Assembly: GCF_001194135.2 (NCBI RefSeq)
Contig: NC_068987.1
Span: 1,213,518 to 1,277,517, forward strand
Direction: 5' to 3'
Source of the DNA: Octopus bimaculoides
Taxonomy: Eukaryota
Length of the DNA stretch: 64,000 nucleotides
The notes under the pieces are model-generated. The model was given only the letters and a program-made list of their open reading frames with translations, did not search any database and was not told where the DNA came from. The position numbers and the translations under genes are program-made. Shown here piece after piece: positions 39,421-53,361 of the stretch (position 1 is its first letter; each line of letters opens with the position of its first letter).

Positions 39421-39764
39421 TGTGTTGGTAGGCGTGTTTGTAATTATGCGTGTGTTGTTTTCGTATGTCTTTTACCGTGTGTGCAAGTAATCGTTAGTTT
39501 GCATTACAAAGAAAGCCGCTGCGTTATTCTTGGCAGTATTTTTAGAACGGACCCAGGTGAACATACGTTTTTCCGTTAAGAAAACAACATGTTTATGATA
39601 CAACCGATATAAACGAACAACAACAACAAAATGTCTCTAAGTGAATAAGTTATGAGCAAGTGAAAGCTGTGAAACAATAAGGCACAGATGTTTACAATAA
39701 TAAAACGTCAATTTAACCGGGATAAAGTTCAAATTAAGATTCGTTAATATTTATCTTCTCTTAA

Positions 39765-39972
39765 AATGGCGAGCTGTCGGAATTGTTACTACGCCGGACA
39801 TTGTTACTACGCCGGACAGAATACTTTCCCTCCTGATTTCAAATTCCGCCGATGTCGACTTTGCCTTTCATCCTTTTGGGGTCGATAAAATAAGTACCAG
39901 TTTAGCGCTGGGGTTCATGTATTCGACTATCGACCGCTCTCGAAATTGCAGGCATTGTGACAAAATATGAAA
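39765..39972 (+). mobile_element. Family A SINE with internal 18-bp tandem duplication
   Basis: GGCGAGCTG...TTCAAATTCCGCCGATGTCGACTTTGCCTTTCATCCTTTTGGGGTCGATAAAATAAGTACCAG; ATTGTTACTACGCCGGAC x2 at 39782-39817. Confidence 0.8.
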
Positions 39973-40494
39973 CTAATATCATTTAAGCTTTGTATGAGAC
40001 TTTGGTGATGAACCAGTCAGACGGTGATACATGTGACGGAGTCCGGCATTTTGCATGTGTATCATATTTCGGGATTGTCATGTTTTTTTTTGTTTTTTTT
40101 TTGCCAAATAAACACACACACTATATATTTTTTCTTTACTCGTTTACTACTGTTCTTATCTTATTTTACCCCCCCCCCCCACACACACACACGAACAAGT
40201 ACACAAACGCATGCGCACATAAGGACACACATCTTAGAAGAACAGAATGAAGTGGAGCAAGAAAACACACGAGGACGAAAAGTGTCGCTGAAGAGGTCAC
40301 AGTTGTGTGACGAAGGATTTCCGAACAACGGACATGAGATAAAAATATATTACAAAAATTACACTAATAAACGGGTTAAGAACAAATATATATAATGCAT
40401 GTGTATATTTCGCAAATAACAAAAAAAAAATTACCATCACTAGATACAACAATGTCTGTTTCAACACACGATTTCACATCAGGAATCATGCAAA

Positions 40495-40528
<34 letters not shown>

Positions 40529-40740
40529 CTCACATGGTTTTGTGTGGACGTATGTATATCTATATGTACCATACTATGTCTACATCAATGATAGTTAGCA
40601 GCAATCGGTGCGTTGAACAAAAATAAATTGTAGCATTTCGTTTCATACTCATTCTGCTCTCATCATTCCAGTCAACTTTCCTTTGCTGTCCTCCTCCACC
40701 TCCTCCTCCGTCCCACTTTCTTCCACACTCCCCCTCCTTC

Positions 40741-40807
40741 CTCCTCCTTCCTCTTCCTTCCTCCTCCTTCCTCTTCCTTCCTCCTCCTTCCTCTTCCTTC
40801 CTCCTCC
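40741..40807. repeat. Pure-pyrimidine 20-bp higher-order repeat (CTCCTCCTTC-CTCTTCCTTC)n
   Basis: Two alternating 10-mers, three full cycles, then an N gap. Confidence 0.9.
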
Positions 40808-41265
40808 NNNNNNNNNNNNNNNNNNNNNNNNNNNNNNNNNNNNNNNNNNNNNNNNNNNNNNNNNNNNNNNNNNNNNNNNNNNNNNNNNNNNNNNNNNNNN
40901 NNNNNNNNNNNNNNNNNNNNNNNNNNNNNNNNNNNNNNNNNNNNNNNNNNNNNNNNNNNNNNNNNNNNNNNNNNNNNNNNNNNNNNNNNNNNNNNNNNNN
41001 NNNNNNNNNNNNNNNNNNNNNNNNNNNNNNNNNNNNNNNNNNNNNNNNNNNNNNNNNNNNNNNNNNNNNNNNNNNNNNNNNNNNNNNNNNNNNNNNNNNN
41101 NNNNNNNNNNNNNNNNNNNNNNNNNNNNNNNNNNNNNNNNNNNNNNNNNNNNNNNNNNNNNNNNNNNNNNNNNNNNNNNNNNNNNNNNNNNNNNNNNNNN
41201 NNNNNNNNNNNNNNNNNNNNNNNNNNNNNNNNNNNNNNNNNNNNNNNNNNNNNNNNNNNNNNNNN

Positions 41266-41301
<36 letters not shown>

Positions 41302-41784
41302 AAACAGGCATTGACATACACATACAGGACACACGCTTACTCATGTAGCCACAAACGTAAGCGTGAGAACGCAGCCCTATTTACATATTAACACACTAAC
41401 ACGACACGTATTTATTTGACAACAATACTTGTTACCTTTGAGCAATATAAACTAAACTAGTATCAGCGTCTCTTACAGCATGTATATGGATAGAAGCACA
41501 CAAACATAAACACACACAGACACACATATATGCAAATATATTCACATACATACACAGACACACACACACATGTATGTATACACATAAACACCCACCGACA
41601 AATACACTTATAGAAAGACTTGTATAGAAAAGCGTGTGTTTATGCAGAAAAGGGAGAAGAACGTATTCATAGCGACTGAGACATTTAGAAACTTCTACAC
41701 ACACGCACATCGTATAATTGCCGACATTCACACATATATAGCTACGCTCGTATGTATAAATGTTCATAAATGTCTATTTATATA

Positions 41785-41856
<72 letters not shown>

Positions 41857-42161
41857 CATATGTATATAGTGTTTGTGTGTGTGTCGAAATGTACATATGT
41901 ACACTTCACCACACACAAACTATATATATATTTATATAAATGTACATACATTCATATACATATATGCGTTGTGAGAGATGTATATATTGCAATATAACTA
42001 TATATGTGCATAGCTATCTACCTTCCTATCATTCTAGATAGATTGGTACATATGCATATATACATATATATATATATATATATTATATTATATATACATA
42101 TTATACATGCATATAGATATATTATATATACATTATATTATATGATAACAGCTATATTATA

Positions 42162-42384
42162 GGAGCACTCCGTCGGTTACGACGACGAGAGTCCCAGCTG
42201 ATCCGATCAACGGAACAGCTTGTTCGTGAAATTAATGTGTGAGTGGCTGAGCATTCCACAGACACGTGTTCCCCTAACGAAGTTCTCAGGGAGACTGAGC
42301 GTGACACATTGCGTGATAAGGGCGGCCCTTTGAAATACAGGTACTATTCATTTTTGCCAGCTGAATGGACTGGAGCAACGTGAA

Positions 42385-42387
<3 letters not shown>
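42162..42387 (-). mobile_element. Family D SINE, 5' truncated
   Basis: GGAGCACTCCGTCGGTTACGACGACG...TTTTTGCCAGCTGAATGGACTGGAGCAACGTGAAATA is the reverse complement of the 3' part of 6485-6789. Confidence 0.85.
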
Positions 42388-42434
<47 letters not shown>

Positions 42435-44156
42435 CGTTACATGTATGTATACCTATATATGTGCGTGTCAAGGCCCTGTCAAAGCTTTTCAGAATCATTT
42501 GTTTCCTCTTTGGTTCCCGAAATGTGTTCGAGTGTTGATACTAATTTCATTTGAACTGTTTAGTAGTTACAACTGCAGATGTGGTTATAGATGTTGTTAT
42601 TATGTTGCTAATTACTGTTGTACTAACGAAGCAGCTTCTCTCGAAATGGCAGAATAAATGGGTTTTCCAATGGCAATGGATAGATTGGGAGTGTAGTGTA
42701 GAACTTCATATTAGATCATTTTGAGCGATTATCGTCGACTATAGTCATGTCAGATTTCTTTAATATACCCTGTGTTTGAATTTTCGGTGGTCCACTATAA
42801 TGATGTAAATGTGACTGACTAGCAAGATATCCAATGAAGCTGAAGTTTTGCCCTTTACTTCTGTAGATCATCGTTGGTATCTTTATTTCGGTTATTTTTG
42901 TCCTATATCTTAGATTTAGCTTGTGTTTGTTTCTTTCGATCAATAAGATGTGTATTGTCGCGAAGACATACATATACTATAGAGAGTGGATTGAACCAGA
43001 TAATGTTTTTGTGTCTGCTGTTTATTGTTATTGTGGTGTTGTATTGGCCCTTCCTCAGCAACCGATGTTTTGAAGTACTTCGTACAGCAAGGCTGCTATT
43101 TCGTTGAATACAACCCTGTTAAATGTTTTAAAAAGTCCTATTGAAATGTTTTTAAACAACGTTTTTAATTATAATTTGAGGATGTTTAGATCGGATACGA
43201 ATATGCTGAATTTTTTTCTGGCTTTTATGAGGTTTCTAATTGGAAGTTCTAAGTTTAATTTCACGCCAAGGAAAGTAACTGTAAAAGAGAATACTAAGTT
43301 TTAAATGAAAAAATGTAATTTTTCCTACAACTGTCTGGTTGCAGCGTTTTGATATTTCTGAGGAGCAGTAAGCTCTCATCTCTATAAAGGCCACTTGAAA
43401 CAAAATGGAAATTAGTGTGCATTGCTTATATAAAACCCGACAGTATTGACCTCTGCAGAGATTTTGATCCCATGCTCACATCAAATGTTTCCTTACTGTT
43501 TTTCTTTATCCATTGTGTATTGTTATGGAATAAGAGAGATTTTTTTCTCTCCTAGTGATATAATATCTGTTTCATTGATTGTTCTAATTGATTTGATAAA
43601 GTTCAAACCTGCTATAAATATTCGATTTGATATTGTTGCATAATAGTACTAAATGTCAAACTGGAAGATGTGACACCTATTTTTATCAGAATTCTCTTGG
43701 AAACATTTTATTACACCAAGCGTAATTCTCGACAGATATAAAACCATGTATGTTTTTGCTTTGTATGTGAATTGGTAATTTCTGTCTAATATTACCCGGG
43801 CTGGATGTAGAAGGTTTTATTAGTCTTACAGACAGATTGCTATTAAAAGCAATGTCTTGATTTTCATTGCAATATATGTGTATTGCAGTGAGAGTTCACC
43901 ATGCAATAACGTTGACTTGACTTCACTTCCACTGCCCGGCTCTTCGGACACGTTTATGCTAGTATAATCCTTGCAGACCCTGAGAGTGAATTTGGCGGAC
44001 ATAAACTGTGAGAAAGCCCGTCCTACATACACACACACACACACATATATACATACACATACGTATCTATATATGTATGTATATATATATTTATAGATTT
44101 GTATGTGTANNNNNNNNNNNNNNNNNNNNNNNNNNNNNNNNNNNNNNNNNNNNNNN

Positions 44157-44204
<48 letters not shown>

Positions 44205-44878
44205 CAGATATGATTGTATATATACACTCTCAAACTTAGATTTGTATATATACAAATATATACAATAACAGTATTAATCTTATTGTGAGTATCACCGTTT
44301 CGTTGTGGTTATTCTTACAGAAACTCGTTGTTTTTGTAATTCAAAATGACTTTCACTCGAATTCAGAAATGAAACTCCTTAAGAGATCTTGGCCTTAAAG
44401 ACTGAACATTCTCGACTGAGCAATTGTCATCGTATTCAGAATATGGTTCCGCGCCGAAATAGCTGCGCCGTTAAACACTCACCAATTGCTTTCGTGAAGC
44501 ACCTTACAATTATCAGTAAATGAAATGATCCGAATTATAAAATACATATATTCATTCCGTGTTTGATATGAACTAAGCCACATTACCGAAAGGGAAGAGT
44601 GAAATTTCTTCGTTTTGGTTTGAAGTTATTATTTGTTTGCAAATTATAGCCTCCTCCCGAGATATTAATTGCTGAAGAAGTTTCCTTGTGATACATGTAG
44701 AAAAAGAAAGAAAGAAAAGGGGGGAAACTCCCGTTATTCAAATTTGTGTGTGAATTATTGTTCTTACACATACAGAGGCGTCAACTGGATGTGAGAATTC
44801 AGTATTTTCACATCAGATTTTTTGGTGAATATCTCTATATGCACCGTATATTGCGTTACATTCATATATATACATACA

Positions 44879-44930
<52 letters not shown>

Positions 44931-45205
44931 TGTATCTCTGTGTGTGTGTGTGTGTGAGTCTGCGAGTGGTTTTGAAAGATATATCACGAAAAGGCGTGCA
45001 CATATGCTATCATGTTCCGTCTTCCTCTCTGCCCTAGAGAAAAGTTTTGCCAGAATTCTGCTTAACCGCCTCCAAATCATGTGAGAGAAAGTGTTAGGGG
45101 AATCTCATTGTGTGTTTCGCGCCTTTGGAGGAATAATTGGCATGTTATTCTAAGCAAGACAGCTTCAGGAAAAATACACTTAACACAAACATCATCAGCT
45201 GCACT

Positions 45206-45324
<119 letters not shown>

Positions 45325-47444
45325 ACACTTTAAAAATTTTCTGTGATACACGATCCCTTTTGATCGAAATCTAACTTTTTCTTTTTTTTTCCGAAAAAAG
45401 TTCTACATAGTGAAGGAATGGGGTAGATAAGGTCGTAGCTACGTATGTTTCATAGCGCAGGGAACCTCGGAAGTGGTAAATATCTAAGCTATGTTACTCT
45501 TCAGGCCAAGGTTATCTTGATTGAATGAAGTGTACTTTGTCGTTTGAAGGTTAACACACGCAGGATTCGATCAGAATGCAGNNNNNNNNNNGTATGTATG
45601 TATGTATGTATGCATGTATGTTTCTGTATGTATGTATGTTTCTGTATGTGCAGATTTGTATGTTTTGTTTTACGTATGTATTCTCATGCACATAATTGTA
45701 TATCTAGACATGCTCGTATATTTATTTAAATGATAAACTTCTGGAAAGTTTTACAGATTTTTACAGTTCCAATGAAAAATTTGATCTGCAGTCTTCGAAT
45801 TAGTTTAGTTTTTCTTGTTCGGAGAAGCTTAATTTCTCAAGATTGGTCTTTAGGCAGGCATGTATGTATGCATGCATCCATCCATGTATATATATACATA
45901 TATATATATGTGTGTGTGTGTGTGTGCATGTATGCATCCATGTATATATGTATGAGTGTATACCTATACGTATATACAAATATATTCTATCCGTATGTGT
46001 GCCCGTAAGTATATGGGCATATGTGTCTCATGTGTCTATGTGTACGTAAGTAGATACATTTTCCGTAAATGCATGACAGGAAGGTTTTATTCTAACGCCA
46101 TTGGTTTCTGTGTCAAATTACACTTCATCTTATGACTATAAACAGATGTATATTATTTACAGATATATTTCTTTGTGGACGAATCCATGATTAATATTTC
46201 TCAGAAGCACCGACCTCTCAAACAAACCAAATTATGATAACTTTATAATAAAATTATAATAAACCAACATTCTGTCATTGTTTAATAGTTTTCCATATTT
46301 CGTTTGAGGAAATAGTTTAATAACGAACCGAAAATTATGCAGAAGTTTAGTAGATTTTAAAAACATGTTTAATAGTGCAGTTTTCTTTGAGATTCCACAC
46401 CTCACTGACAAATTCTGAACATTTTTCTACATTTAAAGAGTCAGTTATACAAAGAGTTAACTGCGAATTTACTGGGCCTCTTCACTGCAAACCCCAAGAA
46501 CCCATAAAACACATTGATAATGTTGATGTTTAACTATAACATGCCAAGTGGAACATATAAAGGCGGTGGTCAGTTGGGACATCAAATGAAATTGATAATG
46601 TTATTTATGAGTTTTGATAATATTATTTATGGTGCTAAATTGTCAGTTCGTGGTTTAATGTATTCGTGACATGAAGAGATCTTCTGCTACTTTCTTTGAT
46701 GTATAAAGGTTTAAGATCGATACATACGTAGTGACCATAGTGATCACTTCAATATTCGGTCTCATCTAATTAGGAGTTATATGAAGGTGTTACATTACGA
46801 ATATTTCTATATAAGTATCTAAACATAACATACTGTAACGTTAACAAATATATGACACTCCACACAAGACACAAACTCCATTGTCATACGAGAGGGGAAC
46901 GTCTGGAGTCAGGTTTCATATACCTTAAGAAATAAAATATTCTTAGAGATCTCAAATTGAGAACAGTTTCAAATTTAATCACAGCATGGCCATAATCAAA
47001 AGCCTGAAACAAGTAAAAGAGTAATCTTTATCCAAACTTTGAAATAACATTATCGTTTATCTAAAATATAATATCTGCCCTGAAAAATGGATAAATTCAT
47101 TTTAATTAAGAGTATAGGTCTTCACCATTAGTCTCCACCGTTCCACATGTGGCCATATACTCAGCATATGGTAGGATTATTATTTTATAATGAGTTAAAT
47201 CGTGTCATGTGTATAATCTGTGTGAGATCTGTTTCGGTTTATGCAAACATTGGTAATGCGGAACTCGCGGAAATTGATTTAGCTTCAAACCACTTTAACA
47301 TAAAGACTACCCGAATCATCAGATGTGGACCGACTATTGCAGGCCGATTATCGAAACGTCAATAGTAAGACCGATGCAAAGACGGAGACAATTCGTACAT
47401 CTGAATCTAATATCAAGTCACAATAGACGCAGTTTTCAAGGACA

Positions 47445-47491
<47 letters not shown>

Positions 47492-49607
47492 AGACCTGTC
47501 AGTACATGGTGAAAATAGTTTAAGTGACTGAGTGCTCCGTAACTGCACTCTACTCCTGATTCTAAGCCAGAAGCCATGTCACATTATTAATGCCAAAGTT
47601 TGCCATCTTAATTAGAAGTACCGCCCATTCAACGCTTTACGCATCAACTCGATTCCAATGTCTTCCACAAGAACTTGAATGGTCCCAGGCCATGACAAAA
47701 TAATAATACACTAATAGTGATTGTATACAGTGTCCAGGTACACTACAACTCATCAGAGAAAGTATCCAAAAATGCATGAACGTTACATAGAGTATGCACA
47801 GGGAGTGAACGCTGAAAGAATCGCTTTAAAAAATGTGGGCAAACACGAGGATGTAGCGCCTCGACAGGTAACAACTGATGCAGGTTTATTTATTCCATTC
47901 TGCAGCAAATTTTAACGTTCAAAGATGTTACCGAAAGTGAAGGTTTCTGTGTTGTTTTTGATTTTGTAAGCATGTCCACTACGAGTGTTAGACATGTGGA
48001 ATTCAAAATGGTCACATTTACTGAATGTGGTGGCGTTGTGGGGTTACACTCAGAGACTTATCATTGCGATAGGTCTCAGAACTGCCATATCTAGAGTTAA
48101 TTGTATTTATGTAATTGTATTTATGAAGGGAAACATGATGTATTGTCCTTAAATTTAATTTGAAATTTACATATCATCTTAGATTAAAATCAAGTTTTGT
48201 TAAAAAAATATTCATGAATTTCAAGTCAGAGCTCAAGAGATTTTATTACGACGAGAAATTGCACTTGGGTTGGTTCAAATATTCCAATTAAACAATCATT
48301 TTGCTCGGACAATTTTAGTGGGTTTAGAGGGCAGCCGTCGACCATGATATCACCAAATGTGATAAACGTTGCAACAAATTGATATTTTTTCAATTATTTA
48401 CAGCACAAATATTATTATGACTCATCAGATTTTTGTCGGACAAAATCTTAACGAAAAGATATAAATTCGCATGTATAAGATTCTTGTTTTCATTTTCTTT
48501 CTGCTGCAGAATTATTCCTATTTCATTTTCGACAATCTAATTAGTTTTATCAGTGGGAATTTGCATTAAGTCACAGTATAATCACTTCATTATTGTAAAC
48601 ACATTATTTTAACGTCACTTTCCTGGGATAATGGCGGCAGACAACACAGGTCATTAGCTGTTTAAAATGTTATTGTCTTCATATAACCTGGTTTCACCAG
48701 AGCAAAATTACACATCTTTTCAACTCCTTTTTTTTCTCTCATTATTTTCAATGACGCAATGAATAACAAATGCGTAAATTTTATTGAATTCAGGCTTTAA
48801 TCTTTAATTTCCTTTTTAAACCATCAAATTTCTGAACATATTATTTTATTCACAAGATTTCCAGTGGAATAAAACATAAAAACAAAACCAAATGAAGCGG
48901 AATAAAATAAATGAACAAATCAACTAAAACATTCCAATCTTCAAAAACTAAAAGTTAATAGTTTAAAGATGACTAAATTGATTACACATTTTCAGTTAAC
49001 ATTTTAAACAAGAATCTAAATCCGCAGCTAAATGCTGTATTAGTAGCAGAGAGAAAATGGCGGTGAAAGTGTAACGTTTATCTTTAGGTATTGAAATAAA
49101 ATATATCTTAACACACTTACAATAACAAACGCAACGGGTTACAATCGTCGTACTTCTCTGGAACACACACAACGTTAGAGTTATTTCGAATCTATTATTA
49201 CAACTACCGCTGCCGTCGCTGCTGTTGTTGCTCCGGGTTAGCTCTGAAAAGGCAGATTTATTAGGCGTGCGAGATTAAACAATGCCGTCCTCCTGTGTAT
49301 TTTTGTAACTATGTTTTACTCTGATGTCAAATAAGCATGTCACGTTGATTACAATACATACTTCTTTTTTCATGTCGGCGACTACAATATCCGGTCTGTT
49401 GCATGGAATATGTGAACCGACACTTCATTACTAGGACAACGTTGACAATATATCAACTAATTATAGCATACCAATTAGCATGATTGCTAATTCTTGACTG
49501 ACTAGTTGTATGTCGTTATTAAACATAACTCATCATCTAACAATCGTTAAGGTATTGTAGATAGTTGTGTTGTTTAGCTTTGGTTCAATCGTAGACGAGC
49601 AAACCTC

Positions 49608-49654
<47 letters not shown>

Positions 49655-50175
49655 ATTTGTGAGAATTCCTTGGCTTTGTTCACGCACTTTCACACAAACA
49701 GAGATAACATCCATCATCACATTGCTCTTTCAATCTTATGCGCTTCACAGATACCTTTGTTCCTACTCACCTTCATCACGCACTCAATATCTCACATGTA
49801 ACATTTTACATTTTACACGTAACAATTACACAAAACACCCCTACATTTCCCAAAACGCACACCAAACAGCATCACAAACACACATCACAATAAGAAACAA
49901 ACGCAACATACGGTTCCAACATAGCTTTTCCAAATTCAAATATTCTCCAAGACGCGCCTCCGCACATCCACCACCAATTCTCTGCATGACTTTCCCCATA
50001 GAACAACATTCGGCTGAGTTACTCACCCATCCACTTTCGCTTTTTCCTCATTTTTAATACACTGGTTCCATTTCTCATTCTTTCAATACTTCTCTTCATT
50101 TCTTTTCTTCCGATGAAGGACTAACATCCGACACGCTGCGTCTCTCTTTACCCATTGAAGTATTAAGCTAATAAC

Positions 50176-50206
<31 letters not shown>

Positions 50207-50874
50207 NNNNNNNNNNNNNNNNNNNNNNNNNNNNNNNNNNNNNNNNNNNNNNNNNNNNNNNNNNNNNNNNNNNNNNNNNNNNNNNNNNNNNNNNNNNNNN
50301 NNNNNNNNNNNNNNNNNNNNNNNNNNNNNNNNNNNNNNNNNNNNNNNNNNNNNNNNNNNNNNNNNNNNNNNNNNNNNNNNNNNNNNNNNNNNNNNNNNNN
50401 NNNNNNNNNNNNNNNNNNNNNNNNNNNNNNNNNNNNNNNNNNNNNNNNNNNNNNNNNNNNNNNNNNNNNNNNNNNNNNNNNNNNNNNNNNNNNNNNNNNN
50501 NNNNNNNNNNNNNNNNNNNNNNNNNNNNNNNNNNNNNNNNNNNNNNNNNNNNNNNNNNNNNNNNNNNNNNNNNNNNNNNNNNNNNNNNNNNNNNNNNNNN
50601 NNNNNNNNNNNNNNNNNNNNNNNNNNNNNNNNNNNNNNNNNNNNNNNNNNNNNNNNNNNNNNNNNNNNNNNNNNNNNNNNNNNNNNNNNNNNNNNNNNNN
50701 NNNNNNNNNNNNNNNNNNNNNNNNNNNNNNNNNNNNNNNNNNNNNNNNNNNNNNNNNNNNNNNNNNNNNNNNNNNNNNNNNNNNNNNNNNNNNNNNNNNN
50801 NNNNNNNNNNNNNNNNNNNNNNNNNNNNNNNNNNNNNNNNNNNNNNNNNNNNNNNNNNNNNNNNNNNNNNNNNN

Positions 50875-50933
<59 letters not shown>

Positions 50934-51756
50934 ATGTATACGTATACACACATATGTAGTGTATGTGTGAGTATATATATACATATATATATACGTATAG
51001 ACACATATATAGCTGAAACTAAATAAAATGAAAACTGAAATATATACACACACGTGTACATAGTATCTCTGACTATGATTTTCACCAACAATTGAACAGA
51101 GTAAAAATATCATAAATTAATTGTCATTGCTCTTACAGTACAAATGACCCCGTAAGATTGTTTAAAGATGAAAACTCTGTTATCATCTAATAGACTTTAA
51201 ACCATTCTCTCCACAATGTTGCAGAATAATATTTGCCATTTATTCTAATGTTTGGTGAACGTATAACATACGTCGGATGGTATGATTCATTAATCACGAC
51301 AATGCAGTGAAAATATAATAACGTAACTCATCCAGACTGCGCACAGTTGTACGAGCCTTCTGCCTTTTCCTCACATCATGATGCCATGCATTAGAATGGC
51401 CAGACAAAAATGTTTATAGACTGTAGACAGTCTAAAGAACTGTGGAATAGCTCCAGGTTACTCTCGTTGTTTATGAACTTCAGAAATTGCGAATCGCTTC
51501 AGACAAATGACGAACATTGGATACTCTCGGACACTCAGTCATTAATCATTATAAGTATAACCATACGAGTGGCACTATATACATTTACATACAGAAACAT
51601 ATAGGCCAACAAACCACATATATATATATATTATAAATACTGCATATTTTATATATCATTGTGCACACGCGTAGATACACACATGCACAACACGTGTTTG
51701 TTAACATAAGTGAACCTACACATATATTTTGCATATATATATAAGTGTGTGTGTGT

Positions 51757-51788
<32 letters not shown>

Positions 51789-51789
<1 letters not shown>

Positions 51790-51979
51790 GAGCCTGGTTT
51801 AGTAGTAAAGGTATTCGGTTCACTATAGTAAAGTCGTGGTTTCAATTCCCGGTGACGTGTTGTGTCCTTCGGCAAGACACTTTATTTCACGTTGTTCCAG
51901 TCCACTCAACTGACAAAAATGAGTTGTACAGGTAATTCAACAAGGCCAATCTTGTCACTCTGTGTCACACTGAATCTCC
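51789..51979 (+). mobile_element. Family D SINE, 3' truncated
   Basis: GGTATTCGG...GTTTCAATTCCCGGTGACGTGTTGTGTCCTTCGGCAAGACACTTTATTTCACGTTG...CTGAATCTCC. Confidence 0.82.
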
Positions 51980-51989
51980 ACATTCTGAT

Positions 51990-52155
51990 ATTTACAGAAA
52001 AACAAAACAGGAAAACAGGGGTATAAACAACACAGATGTATTAGTTTATCGCTCGGGAAGGTGAGAAAAACCTTTACGTTTCGAGCCACTGCTCTTCGAT
52101 ATAAAGGAACAGGGGGGCATAAACAGGGTGAATAAAAAAGAGAGAGAATAAAAAG

Positions 52156-52160
<5 letters not shown>
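51990..52160 (-). mobile_element. Possible Penelope-like terminal repeat with hammerhead remnant
   Basis: Minus strand 52071-52107 reads CCTTT-ATATCGA-AGAGC-AGTG-GCTC-GAAAC-GTA-AAGG. Confidence 0.4.
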
Positions 52161-52186
<26 letters not shown>

Positions 52187-52354
52187 TCATATATATGCGT
52201 ACGTGTGTGAATCTGGAGGGATACAAACGCCTATTGACGGATGCTTCGAAAAATTGTAGATCGATAGAAACGTAGGCAGCAGAGATATGTAGCAGGAGCT
52301 ATAACACAATAAATAATAGGCACAAGAAATTAGGTGTGTGTCTGGAATACAGTA

Positions 52355-52715
52355 TACTCCTTAAACTCTAGATGTTTGACGACATACCTAGTGTATAGAT
52401 GCAATTAACCTCTGAGAGAAGGCCATACATCTACATAGGGGCTAGCTGTCTAAAGTTTAAGTTGAAGCTCACTAATCACTTAAATTCATCTAAATTTTAA
52501 AATAAGATGAACAGCACGAAGGTAATCAAACAAATTTGATCAATAGAGATCATAGCTATACCACGGATTGGGAAAGAATCAGTGCAGCAGGAAGTATGTT
52601 TGAGCTGTGTAGAGAAGAAACCCGCCAAATCTTTACATCGGGACGCAAATTACTTAATAACAAGCTTGAACAGACCTTACGATATTTACGTAAACATACC
52701 AAAGCGTTTAAGAAA
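52355..52715 (+). mobile_element. Penelope-like element GIY-YIG endonuclease remnant
   Basis: Three frames give YSLNSRCLTTYLVYRC, PYIYIGASCLKFKLKLTNHLNSSKF*NKMNSTKVIKQI and DHSYTTDWERISAAGSMFELCREETRQIFTSGRKLLNN. This follows the VY...YIG...NH...NST...W...LC.E...LLN order of PLE endonucleases (possibly Nematis-like). Confidence 0.7.
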
Positions 52716-53110
52716 ATTAATGGAACTTCTTACATATCCTAAACGCAAAAAGTTCATGGTCCCCGCTCCCCGCTCCCTTAACTTACCTAGCACAAATTCT
52801 ATCCACTTTATACTACCAGACATAAACAACAATAGCAATAAATATACGAACAATAAAAATACATTACTTCACAAACACTACACTAATCAGATAATACAAA
52901 ACACAAATAGGCCTGCCAAAGCAGTAACATTAACCGTGACCCAGTTAGATGGAACCCTGACTTCGGACAGCAACGGTGAATCGCACAAACTTACGAACAA
53001 ATCAGATTTTAGTTTCAATACAACCGCCCATTACCTCTCCGTGAATCCTAACTGACTGACAGCTAACAGTATTCAGATACCTTCACAACTAGCCAAATGG
53101 GCAGAGCCTG

Positions 53111-53297
53111 CCCCCCCACCCCGAGCAACACTTGACGACCGATGCTCGTGTGTTTACGTCCCCTTGGCTAGCGGTTCGGCAAAAGAGACCGACACAGTAA
53201 CTACTAGGCTTACAAACGATGAGTATTGGGGTCGATTTGTTCAACTAAATCTGGTGATCCAGCATGGCCGCAGTCAAACGACTGAAACAATTGAAAG
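53111..53297 (+). mobile_element. Family C SINE 3' half
   Basis: CTTGACGACCGATGCT...GCGGTTCGGCAAAAGAGACCGA...GGGGTCGATTTG...CCAGCATGGCCGCAGTCAAACGACTGAAACAA. Confidence 0.82.
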
Positions 53298-53307
53298 TTA
53301 AAAAAAA

Positions 53308-53361
<54 letters not shown>

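Noticed and set aside
40287-40325. CTGAAGA-G-GTCAC...GTGAC-GAAG hammerhead-like string
   Set aside because: GAAA is broken, and no stem III/NUH or stem I can be formed.
47721-47915. Protein-like ORF MHERYIEYAQGVNAERIALKNVGKHEDVAPRQ with a CAG|GTAAC donor
   Set aside because: No recognisable homology and a weak acceptor; retained only as part of the repeat-poor island.
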